Made by a program: the position numbers and the translations under genes. Below are positions 35,441 through 52,200 of a stretch of 64,000 nt of DNA, piece after piece. The stretch spans positions 4,030,001 through 4,094,000 of the forward strand of contig JAQFVV010000001.1 of assembly GCA_028023455.1 (NCBI GenBank). Reading direction: 5' to 3'. The notes under the pieces are model-generated. The model was not told the DNA's origin. It did no database searches and saw only the letters and a program-made list of their open reading frames with translations. Source of the stretch: Epiperipatus broadwayi (taxonomy: Eukaryota > Animalia > Onychophora). Position 1 is the first letter of the stretch; each line of letters begins with the position of its first letter.

Positions 35441-38400
35441 TAAATTTTTGAGGGGAAAAAAGGCAGATATCAAGATATACAATTGCATTCTTTATAAGCA
35501 ATCTTCTGCAAACTTCATACTATTGAAACATTCTAAGTATGGAATTGCATTATTAATTAATAGGCATGCTGGAAGACTTCCAATGCCTTCTGCTCAAACT
35601 ATTGTACTTCTTTACCTATTGAATGAAGATTTTTATTCAATACACCATTTAAAAATCTCATAAATAAAAAATATTCAAATGTTTTGTCACCTAAGAGATT
35701 ATATGACTTTCAAACATGGAATTAAGTGTTGAGCTTAGAGCTCTCGAATTCAGTACTACCATCGCAATAATAGATGCAATCTCTTAAATTAATGCATATT
35801 ACAACAACACAATCAGAAAAAAAAATCCTCCAGCACCCATTGGAAAAAAGAACTATGTTTTAAAAATTTACATTATTGGATTACTGCACGGTTAAAATTC
35901 TTTTGTAGTATATATAAAAAATTCATTATAATAAAGTTAATAAATATCGATTTAAAACAAATTGTTCCCAATACCGATCTCCTCCCTCCCTTGTTCATAT
36001 CTCTCAAAAGTATTTTATCTATATGAATCTCATTTTTAAAAAAAAAAAAAAAATTTTTTTTGACTCAAGTTCCTTTTTTAAAAATATTAAATCTTGGTTG
36101 TTTTTTTAAACGAATATATGAATTACCGCAAAAATCTTAATAAAAACATATTTATTTTCAAATAAGTAAATGAAATTAAATACTTTTATCAATTATAAGA
36201 AGTTAATGAAGTGTATTTATGATTTAAAGTTTCTACCAATCTTTATCTGTCAAATATTTTTGTCAACCACCTGCCTGTAATTGCTAGCATTATTTTAAAA
36301 AGTTCATGGTTTCAAATTTTGAGAAGCTAAAGACAAGTTAAATGTCTATTTTGTCAGATTAATCCATGATGTTAAAGTCACCTTTTTCCAGGCCAATGGA
36401 CTGACAAATAGCTATAAGAGTACCTTGATACCAATCATAATTCATTATAATTTTAAATCCCATTTTTCAACTTGCAATTTTTGTGCATGGACAAACAATA
36501 TAATTAATGTTTTTTATTGACAACTGGTATAAGAAATTTCATTCACTATTTTTAAATCAATACAAAATTCATTTTAAGCTTAAGTATATATATATCTAAC
36601 CTGTATGTATTTGCGCAAATCTGAAAACTTTTACTTTTAAAGTGTAAATATATACATATACTATTGAAAGAAAATAGATATTAATAACATTTAATAAAAT
36701 AATACAAGCGAAAAAATAAGTAAGTTTAATAATGAACCCAAACGAGAAAAAAACTAGGTAGAATTGAATAGAAGGAAAACACAAAAAGATAAAATAATAA
36801 AAAAGCGTAACATATAATCAAAAGCACTTGGTTCAAAAAGCAAACACTGAAAAAATATTAATAAAAATGATAGATATACTGTGTATATGATGTCTTTCAC
36901 AATAAAGTAGAAATATTGGACAACTTTGAATTGTCAAAACATGTAAAAATACACTACAAATTCAGACTTAATAGTAACCTTTCATGATCATTGATGAAAG
37001 CTACATCTTATTAAAATCTTATGACTTTCATATGGGTAACTAGAAATCTTTATTTACAAATGTGTAGTTATTTCTACAAATACTCATTATTTTTCCCAAC
37101 AACTAAATACTAATGATATTAAAAAATTGATTAAAGCATCTAAATTTAATAGAGAAGTATTAAATGGATTTAGTAGTATATTAGAAATTTATATTGGACA
37201 AATCATTAAAAAAAAACTAATTATCTTGAATTTTTTTTAGAAAAAATATTTATCTTGCCAAATTAGATCAAGAACTGTTCCAATTCAGACTAATGGCTGA
37301 TTTTAGTAGCAGGTTTTATTTTACCTAGCAACAACCCAATTTTATACTTTAGAGTCTATATCATCATACACAAAAAAGTGAGCAAATATTTTCATTCTAT
37401 TTCTGGCTGAACATAATATATTGGTTTATCACTTTATTTTGATTTCTTTATAGAGATAAAAGTTCATCTACACATTCACCTTTCAATGCATATTTTACTT
37501 CAGCTATGTCCAGTATTATGAGTTTCTTTTACTAAGCAACAAACAACCATGAAGTTTTATTTTTGAAATTCTGTGACTGAAATGTTCCAGTGAATGCTGT
37601 TCATTTATCTCTTATTATTTTCATAAATTTATGATTTTTAGATTTTAACTTATCTGAATTGCACATCTTATTTGCTTTATGATAAGTGTTTGATCCACTC
37701 TTGATATATTAAACATCTTGTTTGCTCTTACCACTGCATACCCTAAATGGGTGATCCATTTAAGTCTTATTAAATTGCAATGTTCTTTAATTGAAAGGAC
37801 AGGGAGAAAAAAAATTGTTATGTTCTTTAATAACCTTCATAGTTTGTACATTTTTCTTTTATTATTATCCAACTGCTTTTTAAGCAATGAATGTCGCTGA
37901 GCTAGAGTCAAATTTCATTATGAGTGGTATATTGCTTATTTTAATCAAGGATATTATTAAAATGTTTTATTTCAAAATGCTTTTTTGCAGTTGAGTACCA
38001 AATTTATTGGCCTGTCTCTTTGCTTTAATTTTAGAAAGCTTATTTTAAAAGTATGAGTAACAATTGACATAGCCAAAGATGCTTAGATTACTACTTAGTC
38101 AAAAGAAGTATTCAACTTATCAATGGTTTGACCTGCAAACGATGATCATAATCACAGATAAGTCTCTCAAAACACCACTTAAGAATTCTTTTTAAAATTA
38201 TGGGTTATTGTGATTTTTTTATTATTTTTACATTTGTAATATAATCTATCCTTTCTTATCATTTCTCAAATTACTGTTCAGGAGTGTACACTGTCCATAA
38301 ATCAGATACTTGTTCAGACACAACACTAATGGGTGTGTAGCAACTGGTTGTTCAGACACATCCCTGATAGAGTATATCAACTGCTTAAAATCATAAAATT

Positions 38401-41400
38401 TTTTTTTTTTTTTATAACATATTAAAAAATATTATTCTATTTTTTTTTTTTTTTTTTTTTTTTTTTTATTAAATTTTGTCAATTTTAAGAGAAATTGAAA
38501 TTAAATTTTTATTTTTTTCTTATATTATTTATACATTTTAAAATTTTAAATTTTTTTAAAACTACAAACTTCTAAATATCTGTTATGTTATTAATATTTA
38601 CCATTCCAAAGATAATTATAGGGGATTTGAACACAGACTTTCAAACTCCCTTAACTAATCCATTCAATTTCATACAATCAATACACATAACCACTCAGAT
38701 GTAAAAAAATAATTATCTCCAATTACCAGCACTTATTAGGTGGTCCATATCATCATCTTCCACACATAAATATAATCAGTGCTTGATTTATATTAAGATA
38801 GCAAATCTTCAAATTTTAATGAATATGTTTCAATCTACTCCACCTTCCAACTCTTCAGTAATCCATACCATTGAAAATCTGATGATGAAATACCAAAATC
38901 CCTTATTGATGCCAATATTAGTGTCACGTCCATGTTGATTTTAACTGACTCTGACCTCTCATGTATAAGACCCTGTCTATTCAAATACACAGAAGAGGAA
39001 TGGACAGGATACAGGTTAAAATCTATAATATTTTTGAACTATGAATACAATTCATATATTTGGGGTTTAAATGTAATTATATGGATTTGAACACAGATTT
39101 CAAGTTCACTTCAGCTAATCCACTTTATCTCATACAGCAGATACACATAATCACATTCATATGAAAAAGATAAATGATCTCCAATATAAGTATTTTATGT
39201 TGAACCATCACTCATCAGTTGATCCAGATCATCATCTTCCACTTTCATGGTTGCACATATTCTATTGTGTTTTTGGAGTACAATAAATTATAAATCTTTA
39301 TTTACAATAGAATCAACATAAATACATTTAACAGTAATTTGATGCTGTTAATATTTACCTGAGAATGAAAGTTATAGCTTAAACAGCAATATTTTATTAC
39401 CAGGATATGGATAGGTTCTGCAGGAAGTAGATTGCTGAGTTTGTAACTGCATCAATAGTATTTATTATCAGGATATAATTGGATTTAAGGTTTTTTTGTT
39501 ACTATCATATAATCAAGTTCCATGGGATTTGATTTTTGATTACCATGTTGTATTCCATAACAATGTCCACTAACAATTTTTACCTATGATGGTAATGATA
39601 AATAGAATTTTAGAATAAGTGATGGAGAATTGTAAACTGCAAAGATGTGCAGATAAATACAATAATTGGTAACATAAAATTTTAATTTAAACTTGATGAC
39701 TAGTTGTTAATAGTCTGCTCAAAGCTAGATTACAATAAAATAACATAAAAACAATATTATGTAGTATCAAATAATATTTTTCTGTCATCTTTTGAAAATA
39801 GACTAACTTTATATACATTAAAAAAATCTAAACTTAAAAATACATTTATATACCCATATAAAATTATATCTGAAGTTTAAAAATATATTTCATATATATG
39901 ACAAACTTTAAAAACTCTTAAGTCTCTCTATTAGATTGGCTGTATGAGGAATGTTATTGTTTTAGTTGTAATAATATAAAATAGACTGAAATTTTTGAAT
40001 TTTATGCCTTTTTTTTTTGTAATTTTAACTACTATTTCTTTGTCACTTATACACTTAATACATTTATCAGATACATTTTTAAAGTTCAATACTAGCTTAA
40101 CATTATCCACTGGTTGGTAAACACCATTTTAGTCAAGAATTTAAGATGTTTTTAAGTCAACTACTATCATCAAACCATACAATTACTGATCTAGTATAAA
40201 ACATATATAATTATAGTACTATCATATGGTAAACAATTATTAGTCAAATTTACAATAATTAGCAGGGGGGAAAAGTAAAAAGAGTTGTTGCTAAAAAGCA
40301 TTATTCATGTTGAATTAAAATGTAATATTAGAACAATTACTACTTTATAACAGTAATTTTGTAGTGATTGGAAATTCTGCTATGCTTCAATAAATATCAC
40401 TCTTTATGCTTTTTCTTTTGGGTTATCAAGTAGTGATTGGTAGAGGCATTATAACTAATTATTTAAATCATTAAAATTGTCATAAATATAATAATTACAT
40501 ATTACAATTATTTCTATAGTACTTAGTTTTATAAAATTCTATTCCTAGATGTTATAATATACACCTAATTCCGTTTTCATACAAACTTTTTCTAAATGAT
40601 TTTGAAATAAAAAGATCAATAAAAAAACTAAGAAAAATAATTTATGTGTTGTTGTCATCTTATTTGATAAAAAAATGTTTTCATTTCTTTATTTCCCATT
40701 ATTGTTCAAAAAATTTTCTTTATCGGCAATATTTCTGCAAATGGGGAAATTTGCTTAGCTGCATTTTAATGTTTTATTTGAAAAGGGGAAGTATTTTGTT
40801 AGTGTTGATGCTTTGTTCACATTTTGACATTAGGTTTTTTTTAAAAAAAGTGTATCTTATTGATGTCAAAAAAAAAAAAATTAAAATTAGACCGAAGATT
40901 CGATTAATTTTATCAAAATTTAATAGATGGTAAGTTATATATTACAGTGATGTTGCAAATTTAAGTGATAGCAATGAGATTGCAATCATGAGCAAACATA
41001 TGCATTTATTGTTAGAAAGTGACAACGAATAAAATCTTATGTATAACTCAGATTACATATTTTACCCAATTTTTTTATGTTCATTAATTTCTTACCTTCA
41101 TTTTTTAACTGAAGGTTATGTTCCTATAATTCATTTTTATTTATATGTAATGATTTATTTCATTATTTTTGTTGATTTCTTAGGTCTGGAACCATTCTTC
41201 TAATTTTCCATATATATTGTATTTTTTTACGTGAAATTTTGGGGACCAATCCATTGTGTCAAAACAATTACGTATATATATATTTAAACGTGCTTTTTTC
41301 AAAAATTTTATTTTTATTCTCTTGATTAGACTCATATATTTCTAATTTTATAATTGCATATAATCATTTATATAATCAACGTCATGGGGTACAGTCCCTT

Positions 41401-43020
41401 TCATATTATTTAGAATCTGTATTGTATAGATATATGAATTTTTCAAGAGTTTTAATTTTTTCTCTCTAACCAAATTTATGAAATAGTCTGGTTTTGATAA
41501 AAAAAAATGATATTGCTTTAAGCTTTTCAGAATTAATTATCATATTATTTTCAACACATCCTAATTCAAAATTTTTTGAACAGCTTCATGTGTTCTCTAG
41601 GTTGCATATATATCTAAAGATAATAAATTTATAATAAAACCAAATATAAGACACTAAAAAATTAATAAATAAAATTGTAAAAAATAATACACTTTGCTTT
41701 ATAAACACATTAATAAAAAATATCAATACATTATAAAAAGCCAATAATGCATAAAAAATTATGTGCAGCATTTGTAAAATAACAATCATTCCTATCTACT
41801 ATATCAAAAAATTATTTAGGAACAAAACTAAACAAATCTCATAAAAAAAGTTGCTAAACTGATGTTGACTGGAAATGTATTAAGGGATGAAAAAACTGTC
41901 TTTTACATTCCTAACAATTTATAGTTATTTTTTTAAAGGAATGATATTACTCTATTATATTATATAAATATTATTAAGGAGAAATATAGAAGAATTATTA
42001 TTAATCAAATAAAGAACTCCTGAACCAATTATATTAATCAAAAAAGTTTTATCCTATTATTACTCTCTTTACCATAAATATTTTTAAATATTAATAATAT
42101 CTAGATATCATTTTTTTGAAGTATGAATTATATAATTTTCTTGTGCATTTATACAGCCACATTGTCAGGCTGAACATAATGCTGCTTTTTTTAAATATTT
42201 ATTATTTATCATCAATATACATTTATAAATGCAATGTTGATGGCATTAATAAAAAAACAGAGAATACAATAAATTGGAGAGCTGTAACTAGACACAGTAA
42301 TTTTTGCAGAAAAGGCAGCTTCACAAAATATCAAATCAACAGTAATTATGGTTCACACATAGGTTTGCATAGTCATCAAAAATTCCTTTTTAGTGTAATA
42401 TTACTATTTTATTTTTGTCTTATCTTTTTCTTTTCTTTGGGAGTTTGAATAGTCATATTAATTTGCAAGTGGCGGCTGCTATTGCTCAATATTTATATAA
42501 AAAATATAAATCTTTTTCCGTAGCCACATATATACATACATATTTATTTATGTTATATATACACACACTAATGCATAAATATTTTAATTACAATTTTTAA
42601 ATTGTGAATACATTTAAGTTCTATGTAGTATTTTATAAACATATTTATTATATAATTTTTCACTCATATTTAAATTAGCTATATAAATATTTTGCATATA
42701 TTCATATTTTTTCTTTTATTAGAATCTTTAATGCAATATGCATTTGGGCGTATATATTTTTGATTATTTACTTTATGGCATATGTTAAATAGTGAACATA
42801 TAATGCTAATTTACTGTCACTTCAGTTAACTGTACTAATATTTTTCTTCTGATGTTCTGTGTTTATAATAAACCATATCACACATTCTACAATTAATTTT
42901 ATAATTAATACCTCTTACTTTAGAAATAGATATTAATATTTCCAGTTTTTTATTATTTGTCCATCCAATATTTGTCATTCATATGATTTTTATGTTTTAC
43001 ACATAAATGTATATAAATAG

Positions 43021-46000
43021 ACATCATCATCATTTTCAATTATTATCGATTCACTGCAGGATGATCATTCCAAGTTTAATTCAGTTTTCTCAATTTCTAG
43101 TCTCTCTTCTCTACATTACACCATTAAATTTTCTTCTTTCATCCATCCATCTCACAGATGTTGTTTTTAGATCTTTTACAATCTCCTGAGATCCAGATTA
43201 GAATTTCAACTGTCCATCCAATATCATCTCTTCTAGAAATATGTCCAGCCCAATTCCACTTTAATCTCTTAATATCTATTTGTTCTCTAAGCTATATATT
43301 TCATTTTCAATCCCTCCTTGCTACTCCTAACACAGCTCTCCATATTTGTTGAGTGATATCAAGTGTCTACAATGCTCTTCTTTTAAGTATTCAAGTCTCA
43401 GACATTTATTAGTATCATTCATTTTCAAATATATAGCTATATTTCCTTTTAACATCAGGTTATTTCTACCAAAAACACTCCAACCAAGTTTAATGCCGAT
43501 TAATTTCATCCATTATATTCATCTGTATTAATAATCTGATCAATGTATTGGTAGTTAACTTTTAATAATTCATCAATATCATTTTATTTTCTTCTTTTGA
43601 AAGTCATTTGAATACTATTTAGTTTTTTCAGCACTTATCTTTAGATCTACTCTTTTTACTTTCATCTGATAATTCTTGCAACATTTCCTGAAGCATTATA
43701 TCATCTGTAAAATTTAACTGACTGAAAGTATCTCCTTTTATTTTATTCCCATTTTAATCCACAAAATACTTCTTGTAATACTGTTGTAAAAAGTTTTGGA
43801 ATCACTCTGTCATACATCCTTCTCAATATTAATCCTTTAGTATCACTATGTAGTCTAATCATTGCTGCAGCATTTTGATATTCTTTAGAATATGACAATA
43901 TCTTTGGTTTACATTTTGATGTATCCAATAATTTAATTACTATAGAGATGCTTATAAAAATACCTTTTCATAATGGCATCTCATTTTCATTAGTCTTTTC
44001 TATAGTTTCTCTCAATATTTGGATATGATCCATTGCACTAAAATCACTTTTAAATCCAGTTTGTTTTTATGATTGGTTAAAATGCAGTTTGCTGCAAAAA
44101 TATTATTTTGGTAAAAATATTGTATAGAACTAACAAAAGAAAAATAGTTCTATAATTTCTAATATCTTCTTTATTACCTCTTAAATATCAATATCACTAT
44201 TGCTTTCTTCCAATCACTGGCACATCATTATCATTTAGTATATAATTTTGTCAACAATTTTTCTATTTCTTTTTCTGATTGCTCTTTACTGCAAAAATGA
44301 TATAATTAATTTTACTATATGGTATATTAACAAAAAAATTATGATTAATAAAGACAAATGCTCCATGTCTCCTACTCAAAAAAAGATTAAAATTTTAGTT
44401 TTCCTATTTTAAAATCATTTTAAAAATTAGTCAAAAAGATTTTGGATTTACTTTTTCCAGAAATGCCTCCTTTCACATTCATGTTAAAAACAATGTAAAT
44501 ATTGGGCATCATACATAAACAATATAAAATATTTCAAAATATAAACTTTCCTTTCATTGATCCTCCTAATCTCAGAATTATCTGGAACTCTCATATTAAA
44601 AGATATTCAAAAAATGCAATCTGTATTTTCCAAATATAATCATTTTCCTGACAGTTTTAATATTTTATTGATGCAATGAAAAAACAGTTATTACATATTT
44701 ATAAAAAAATTGTCTCCAAATTTACAATTATCTCAGATTTACTTACAAACATATCTTCCAATTCTTTCAATATAATACTACATCACATAGATCTTTAAAT
44801 CTATTTCCTTGTCATTCAGAATAATGATATACTCTATCTTGATTTTAATTAATTTTGCAAAGTCCTAAAACTAAAATACAATTTATGATCTCATTGCCTA
44901 AACCATCTGCTACTATTTTCTTCTGAAATTTTTTACTTTTCTCTATATCATTTTGTTCAATAAGTTTTTTCTATAATTATTATTTTAATGTGCATTCTTT
45001 ATTCATTATTGGTTGTTGTTTCACACTTTAAATAAAATTGACTTGAATTATCAGGAACTTTTTCACTGATTTAATTGCACATCTCACTTCTTCATTTAAA
45101 ATAGTGGCCAATTCAAATATAGCAACTGCAGGGTATATTTTGGTATCTTATTCTTTATTGCTTTATAATTCTTTTCTACATTTCATGATATCATCTCTCT
45201 TTTTAGTAATAGTTCCATATTTTCTTCTTATTGCAGAAATGACACTTACCAATACCGTGAGGTTGTTTTACATTGTTGATGCTTCAATAGTTTTCCTTGT
45301 TAATTCACAATTATATTTTCTTATATTGTTATTAACTCATTTTCATACATTTTACAAACTCTAAATATTCAATTGTTCTTAATCAATCATTTTTATATAT
45401 TTCATATTCATTTTTTTCTTCATACATCATTTCAGTAAAAAATTTACTACTAAATTACTGCTTTTTTGTACCAGGTATTTTTATTGTAGTATATCAGATA
45501 TCTTCTTATTGATTCCATTCAAGTCTAAACCATTTTCAAAACTGTTAATATTTTAAAATGATTTGCAAGATCTAATTTAAATTCATTGGAAAGTTTTTTG
45601 AGGGTTAGGAATATCAACTATGAATATTGTTTTTCTTAATAATTTGCATCTCTTCAGTTTTAAATTAATGTATATCTTATACTTCACTAATTGATTATGG
45701 TTGCCTGTGCTGAATTTATTATCAATGTACAATCTTAGAATACACACTTTCTTTTATTATACCTTCATATGAATGCTACCATGTCCATAGCTAAATTTAC
45801 TCACAACACTTTCATTTTTAAATAGTTTGCCAATTCTAGTATTAGTCTCCCATGACAATTTTAAAATGTTATTTGCAATGATCAAAAGCCTTAACATCTA
45901 TATAAAAATCATCTACTTCTTCATAACAATGAGAATTTATTGGAGTATAAATCTGTATTATCTGCATTTGGTAACCTTCTATTAAGTTAAATAACTAATC

Positions 46001-46290
46001 TTGTCACTCTGCCTGATATACCATCAAGCTCCACAATGTTGCTCTTTCATTTTTTATTTATAATGCATCCTACTCCATTTGTGTTTCCAATACTTGTACT
46101 ATCATAGTAACTTCACCAAATAACAGAAATGTCCCATTTAATATTAGACAGTTCTTCTTCCAATTTTTGCAGTCTTCCTTCACATGAAAGTAATTTTCAG
46201 TTGGAAGAGTATTTTTCAAAGGTCATCATCAGATAGCAATTTATTTCAATCAAGAGATCCTTAGCACCCTATGGATTTGCTGTTAATTGT
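43021..46290 (-). mobile_element. Near full-length decayed RTE-clade LINE
   Basis: APE start EGRLQKLEEELSNIKWDI...GNTNGVGCIINKK (~46050-46190); RT motif DRVIPKLFTTVLQEVF (43743-43928 ORF, cf. GDTISPKLFTAVLEEVF); KWNWAGH (43241-43261); (GAT)n tail at 43022-43033. Confidence 0.9.
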
Positions 46291-49200
46291 TGCCTTGACT
46301 TGTGACTTTACAACTTTTTAATAATAAAAGCCACAGTTAAGTTTTGTCTGTAATAATTGTTAACATCTATTTTTAAAAAAAGTTCATTTATAGACACCTT
46401 CATTCTGCTTTCATAAAAACTCAGCTGATATTTCAGTTAAGAACTATCAGGTAACTGAGATCTTAAACTCAGAGATAAAAAAAAATCCATTAAACTCACT
46501 GTGCGGGCTGATAGGTATTGGTGGGCAGCTCATGCATATTTGTATACTATAAGAATAATCATAATAGCAGCTGCAGTGACAAAAATGTATGGAGTGGACA
46601 TTAGGAATTTGACCTGCTTAAGTTTTTTTTTAAGGTCTCAAAGAGAAATCAAATAATTTCCTTTCAGTTAACAGCAAACTCCTTCCTGCAACCTAAATAG
46701 ACATGTAATTATATATGTTAATTGCAATTAGTATATTTCACAATATACATCGATATGTGTGTGCTTATACAAACATATACAAATCTATATTAATGATATA
46801 TAACAGTAAATATATGTATATATAAAACACCACTATTTTCAGGCAATGTGCTTATATAAACACATAAGATTATTCTACTTTCATTTATAAGATATAAAAA
46901 TAATTCAAAAACAAAATGTAAATGTTACTATATATGATGCTTTATTATTAAAATTCATATATATTTTATACTGATACCTTTTGCCATTAAGACAATATTG
47001 TTATTGTAGAATAACCTATTTAGTTTCTTTACTTCATGCAAAAAAAAGAAGAAGCCATAGAATGGATCATATAATTATATCCATTTTACAATATTAAAAA
47101 ATATAACTTCCATTAAATAAAAAAAACGTAATTCCCTTTGTTATTAAAAAATTAAAATCTAAAATAACGTTCACACCTCAGTTATCATGTACAATTTGCA
47201 GTGTTAGAATAGCTGACTCAAAAATTAAGCTTCCTAAAATAATTCTCAAATAAATTGGAGTCAATATGCCCAATCTGCTACTTAAATATTAGTATCACAT
47301 GACCATGACTTCCAAATAACTACTCATGAAATCATTGTTAATACAAATTAATTCACATATTATAATTGCATATAAAATATTATTTAGAACTATTAAATAT
47401 GTATTCTACAAATCATATACAAAAATCAGTCGTCTATCTTGAATATTATAAAATCCAATTATTATTTTCAAAGTAACAAAAAATATTGACTCTTCATTAG
47501 TAAAGGAATTAAATAAAATTTTGTCATATACTATATAACTTTTTTTTATGTTTATTATAAATATGCATTTGTGTGTATATGCATATAATTAAAAGCAAAA
47601 CAGCTTTACAAATGCGGAATAAAAGCCTCTTCCAATTTTCTCCAATGAATATCAGCAAAAAGAAAATATTATTAAGTATGTGAATGAAATTCCAGTTTGT
47701 GATAGTTTTAGAATTTTTTCTTTGTTTTACTCTAAAGTTAAGAATATTGAGATATACAGTCACTGGCAATTATATATATTAGCTATAGACTGTTTACACA
47801 TATAGCACACACAAAAAAAAAAACCTAAGTTTGTTTGGAAAACCTCAGCAATGTAAAAAAATTTCCAACTCTTAATCAGATTTAAATCCCAGATTATAGA
47901 CATAGCAGATATGATAACATATTAATTCAGGATATTTATTTCAAATTAGTTTTTCTTTGCCATTCTATGTTAATAAGCAGAAAATTATTCATTAATTTGG
48001 ATAAATGAAGCAGGGTTAGTTAGCTTTATACAAGATAAAATGAAACTGTCCATATATTAAATACTGTAATTTTCATATTAACATAAAGATTAGCAGTTCA
48101 TTTAAATATCCATCAGTTCACAGAATGTAATTAATTGATATGAAATGTGTATAAGGGGTGAAATAATTATGATTTGGTAGATCATTCTAGACTTAGAAAT
48201 TGCTCCTGGAGTCATGAAACTTAACTATAAATTTAAGTTCCAAGATATTTAGTTTAGACGTTAGTTATGCATTTTGATTATGTATAGTGATGGAATCTAC
48301 TTTGAAAGCTAGATAGATACTCTGCATTCTAAATGAAAATTCGTAGATTAACAATTATAAATAGATGTTTTTAGGTTTTTAAATTATTAATAGATTGATA
48401 ATAAATGTCAAAATATATAAGTGTATTTCACAATTAAACCTAAAATATTCATTAAAAAAATACAATAAACATCCTGAAACCACCATAGAAAAACACCAAT
48501 AAATATAAAATTAAAAATAAATTACAACAAAAATATATTTAAAAACACAAAAAAAACAAACGATATCTTTCAAATAAACCAATCATTAAATTTCCATGTA
48601 AGGTAGTTAGTTAACAAATAAGTAAATTTAACTCTCAACATAAAAAACAAATTCAAAATTTGGCAAATATAAAATTTATAATAAAATATTATTGGAATAA
48701 AAATAATTATAAAAATACAAATTACACTAAAAATTTTAATATTTTTAAATAATTTATATTTAATACTATAAGCTATTATATATATATATTTATACATACA
48801 CTTTTATTTTACTATCTTAAATTAAAAAAAAAAAAAGTGAATTAAGATCTATTACAGGTGCTAATAAAAAATAATGCTTAAATCGACATGAATAAAAAAA
48901 GATAAGCAAACATTTCCTTAAAAAAAAAAAAGCATCAAATTATTTTACCCCAGTCAACTAGTCTTAAGAACACAAAAAAATTCAAAGAAGTGAATGCTCT
49001 ATAAGCATAAAACAGAGCTTGACAGAAATGAAAATACATTGTACATGTTTATATTAAAAAGAGAAAATGGATGATAGTTTCATTTTAATTATAGTAGGGT
49101 TAGATGAATATATATTAATAAAAATTTATATGGCTTGTGTAAATAGAAAAATGTGCACATGGCATAATGCGAATTTAAAATAGATAATCCAAATAAATGA

Positions 49201-52200
49201 GTGACTACATTGCAGGAGAGCTTGACGATTTCAAAAATAAAATAAAGCATTATCTATACTGGATAAAGAATGCCTATTAGATGTTCCAAAATGTACTTCT
49301 GATACAATGATGCTAAAAGATAATTCAGATGTAGATATTATTGACTTTTAGAATAGCTGTCTTTGGAAAATTAACTTGGAGATTGATGCAATTTAATCCA
49401 CTCAACTACAAAGTTCAATGAATCATTAATAAAAAGTGAAAAAAAAAATTAAGTTAAATAGCAACCTATAGCATGATAAATAAATAATTTAAAAAATTAA
49501 AATAAATCAACTTATTTCTGGAAACTTTGAAAATGATTAATCCTTATCCTTTCCTCAACAATTAACATAAACTGTCCAACAATGATAGAGCATTTTCAGA
49601 TATAAATTAATAGTTGTTTTGTGAAATATAATTTTATTGCACAACAAATTCTACTCATACTTGTATTATCGTATCATAAATTTTTAAAATTATGATGTAT
49701 TAAGGAGTTTAATAACAATTTTGCAGGTCCTCTGCACAATTTCAGGTAAAAACTGTTTGAATGGGACTTCTAACAAACTATTGTAGAGTATCTGACAGGC
49801 ATATATCAAATATATATTTGAGAATTATATAAATCTATACTTGGCAATCTTATTACAGATACGAAATTTTAAATAAATTATTATTTTTATAGATATATTC
49901 ATTTTATTTATTCTTAGAAAAGTACTCTTGACTCAGTTCTAATAATTTATATCAATTTAAATTACTTGTTTCATTTTGAAAGCATTCAAAGATATGGATA
50001 TTAATTTAACTGTACTATCATTCATAAATATCTAGACAATTATAAATGTGAAATTATTAAATTTATCTGCTTATAATAATCATTTTAATATAAATTAAAT
50101 ATATCAGCCAACATAAATCCAAAAGCCTTGTATTTTATTTCCTCTTTAATAAAGTATCCTTTAAAACAAATATATTTTTAAATTACCAATTTGTGAAATT
50201 ATGTTTAATTGCATAAGCAGCTGGCTAAAAACATTAGAAAATGTGAATCATCCAATTAAATGCAATATTATTTAAGATGTCATTGGCTCTCTACATCATT
50301 CAATGTTCTAACACTTTGTTTACATATCTAAAAAAATTATCAATTTAAACTGCTTGTTTAACTTTCAAAGCATTAAAATGCACTTTCACCACTATCATTC
50401 TCTTTTATTATTTTCTATTATATATATATTGAGACCATTATGTATCTCATGGCATACAATAACATAGTAGTGTGTGTGCACATATATATTTGAAGTTGAA
50501 AGGAAAAGTAGAAATAAACAGACAAAATTTTTTGTAGATATTTTCTATAGTACACTGGAATAACAGGAATTAACTAATTGTGAATTTAAACATTTTTTAA
50601 ATTATAAACATTTAAAGGGATCTAATTAATATTTGATTAATTAAAGCTTGTAAAACATATTTTGGTAAAATACCACAAAGTTGTTTTTCAAAGGATTAAG
50701 TTGAATTGAAAGCCATTAACTTTTTTCAATCAACATTTTTAATTACTATATTTTTTAATTTCACCCTGACTACAAAAGGGTTGGAAAAAAGAGTAACAGT
50801 TCTTAGAGTTGTATAGACCATGACAGAACTACTATGAAGAAATAATTAAAGGCAAAGGACAGTGGATTTGGCTGCTGATAGTACAACATTGGAGGTTTGA
50901 TTCATATGGATAATGTCAGTTTTGTGTTCAATAGCCTGTACATAATGTGTACTAGATGGCTGGCTTGCCTCAAGTCCATCAAATGATAGACTGAAGAAAG
51001 ATCACTGCAGATCAAGTTATCTGGATTATACATTTCCTGATGACAGGAAGCTAGTCTACTGTTTAAAAGAGACTAGCTTACCCAGAGGCCATCAACTTGC
51101 TGAAGAATTAGTTACATGTATGCTGTTTTATCTATATGCAGAGAACCACAGATAAATGTACTGCATCATATATATATAATGATTTTTGAAATGTGAAAAT
51201 ATTTACAATCTATAATTTAAAAGTAAAACAATAATTTTTGCTTGAATTAAAGGTCTAAAAATAAACAATTGATTCATAAACAATTTTATATTTTATAAAA
51301 GAAAAAGTAGACTGCAAAAGTATTTTTAGATTGGAAAATAAAGGAATTTGCTGGAGTATTTTTAAGACATTTATAATTAATCAACAGCAACCTGTCAAAG
51401 GTGTAATACTTTTTTAAAATAAAGATAATTTTATGTATATTTTCAACATGAAATTGTGAAAAATAATTTTTAATGTCTATTATTTTGAAAAATTAAAATA
51501 TAAATATCAATGTATACTCACATCTCTGTGGGTATCCATCTAATGTCATTATTTATGTATCATTAAAATGTGATCCTATTTTTTTGACAATTTCCATGTT
51601 ACAGCATGTCTTTTCTTATGTAGATGTGACAGGTAGGCACTTTTATGTTAAAATTAATAATTTTTAAAAATTTTGACAATTCAAATGTTCATAAATTATT
51701 ATACTGCATGTCAGTGCTGATATATACATTTTAGTAAACCTATTGTAACATATATGTATAGACATCTTTTTTGTATATTAATCAAAATCAGAAGACTTAA
51801 TTAATGTGTATAACCATATTCTACAGACCTTAATTTCATTTTTATTAATAAATTGATATTTCATTGTTAAAATTATTCCAGTGAATTTGCTCATCCCCGA
51901 TTAGATTTAAAATATATTATTATAAATGTATTATATCACTTGTTCACAATAATGCTTGTTCTCTGAACTAGCTTCATGTATAATGGTGTTATATAAAAGG
52001 GGTTTATGGACATTCAGTTGATGGTAAATTCTGCACAAGGGGATATCTTTTAAAGTTCATGCACTACATTTTAGTTTAGTATTTATTAGAAATTAAGTGT
52101 AGTTGTCTAGTACATTAAAGGTACCAAGTGGTCAGAGCATTGACGATGAACAGCATGTTTTAGTATTCCAGCAGTTTTACTGTTGTATTTTTATGGATTA

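Noticed and set aside
36940-37600. piggyBac-like words (IIDESY, NGFSSILEIYIG)
   Set aside because: Motif spacing not verifiable, and no TTAA-bounded TIRs were found.
50985-51085. CTGAAGA and CTGATGA motifs with adjacent hairpins, as hammerhead candidates
   Set aside because: No correctly placed GAAA/UH core or stem I; the hairpins (e.g. AAGCTAGTCT…AGACTAGCTT) do not fit hammerhead topology.
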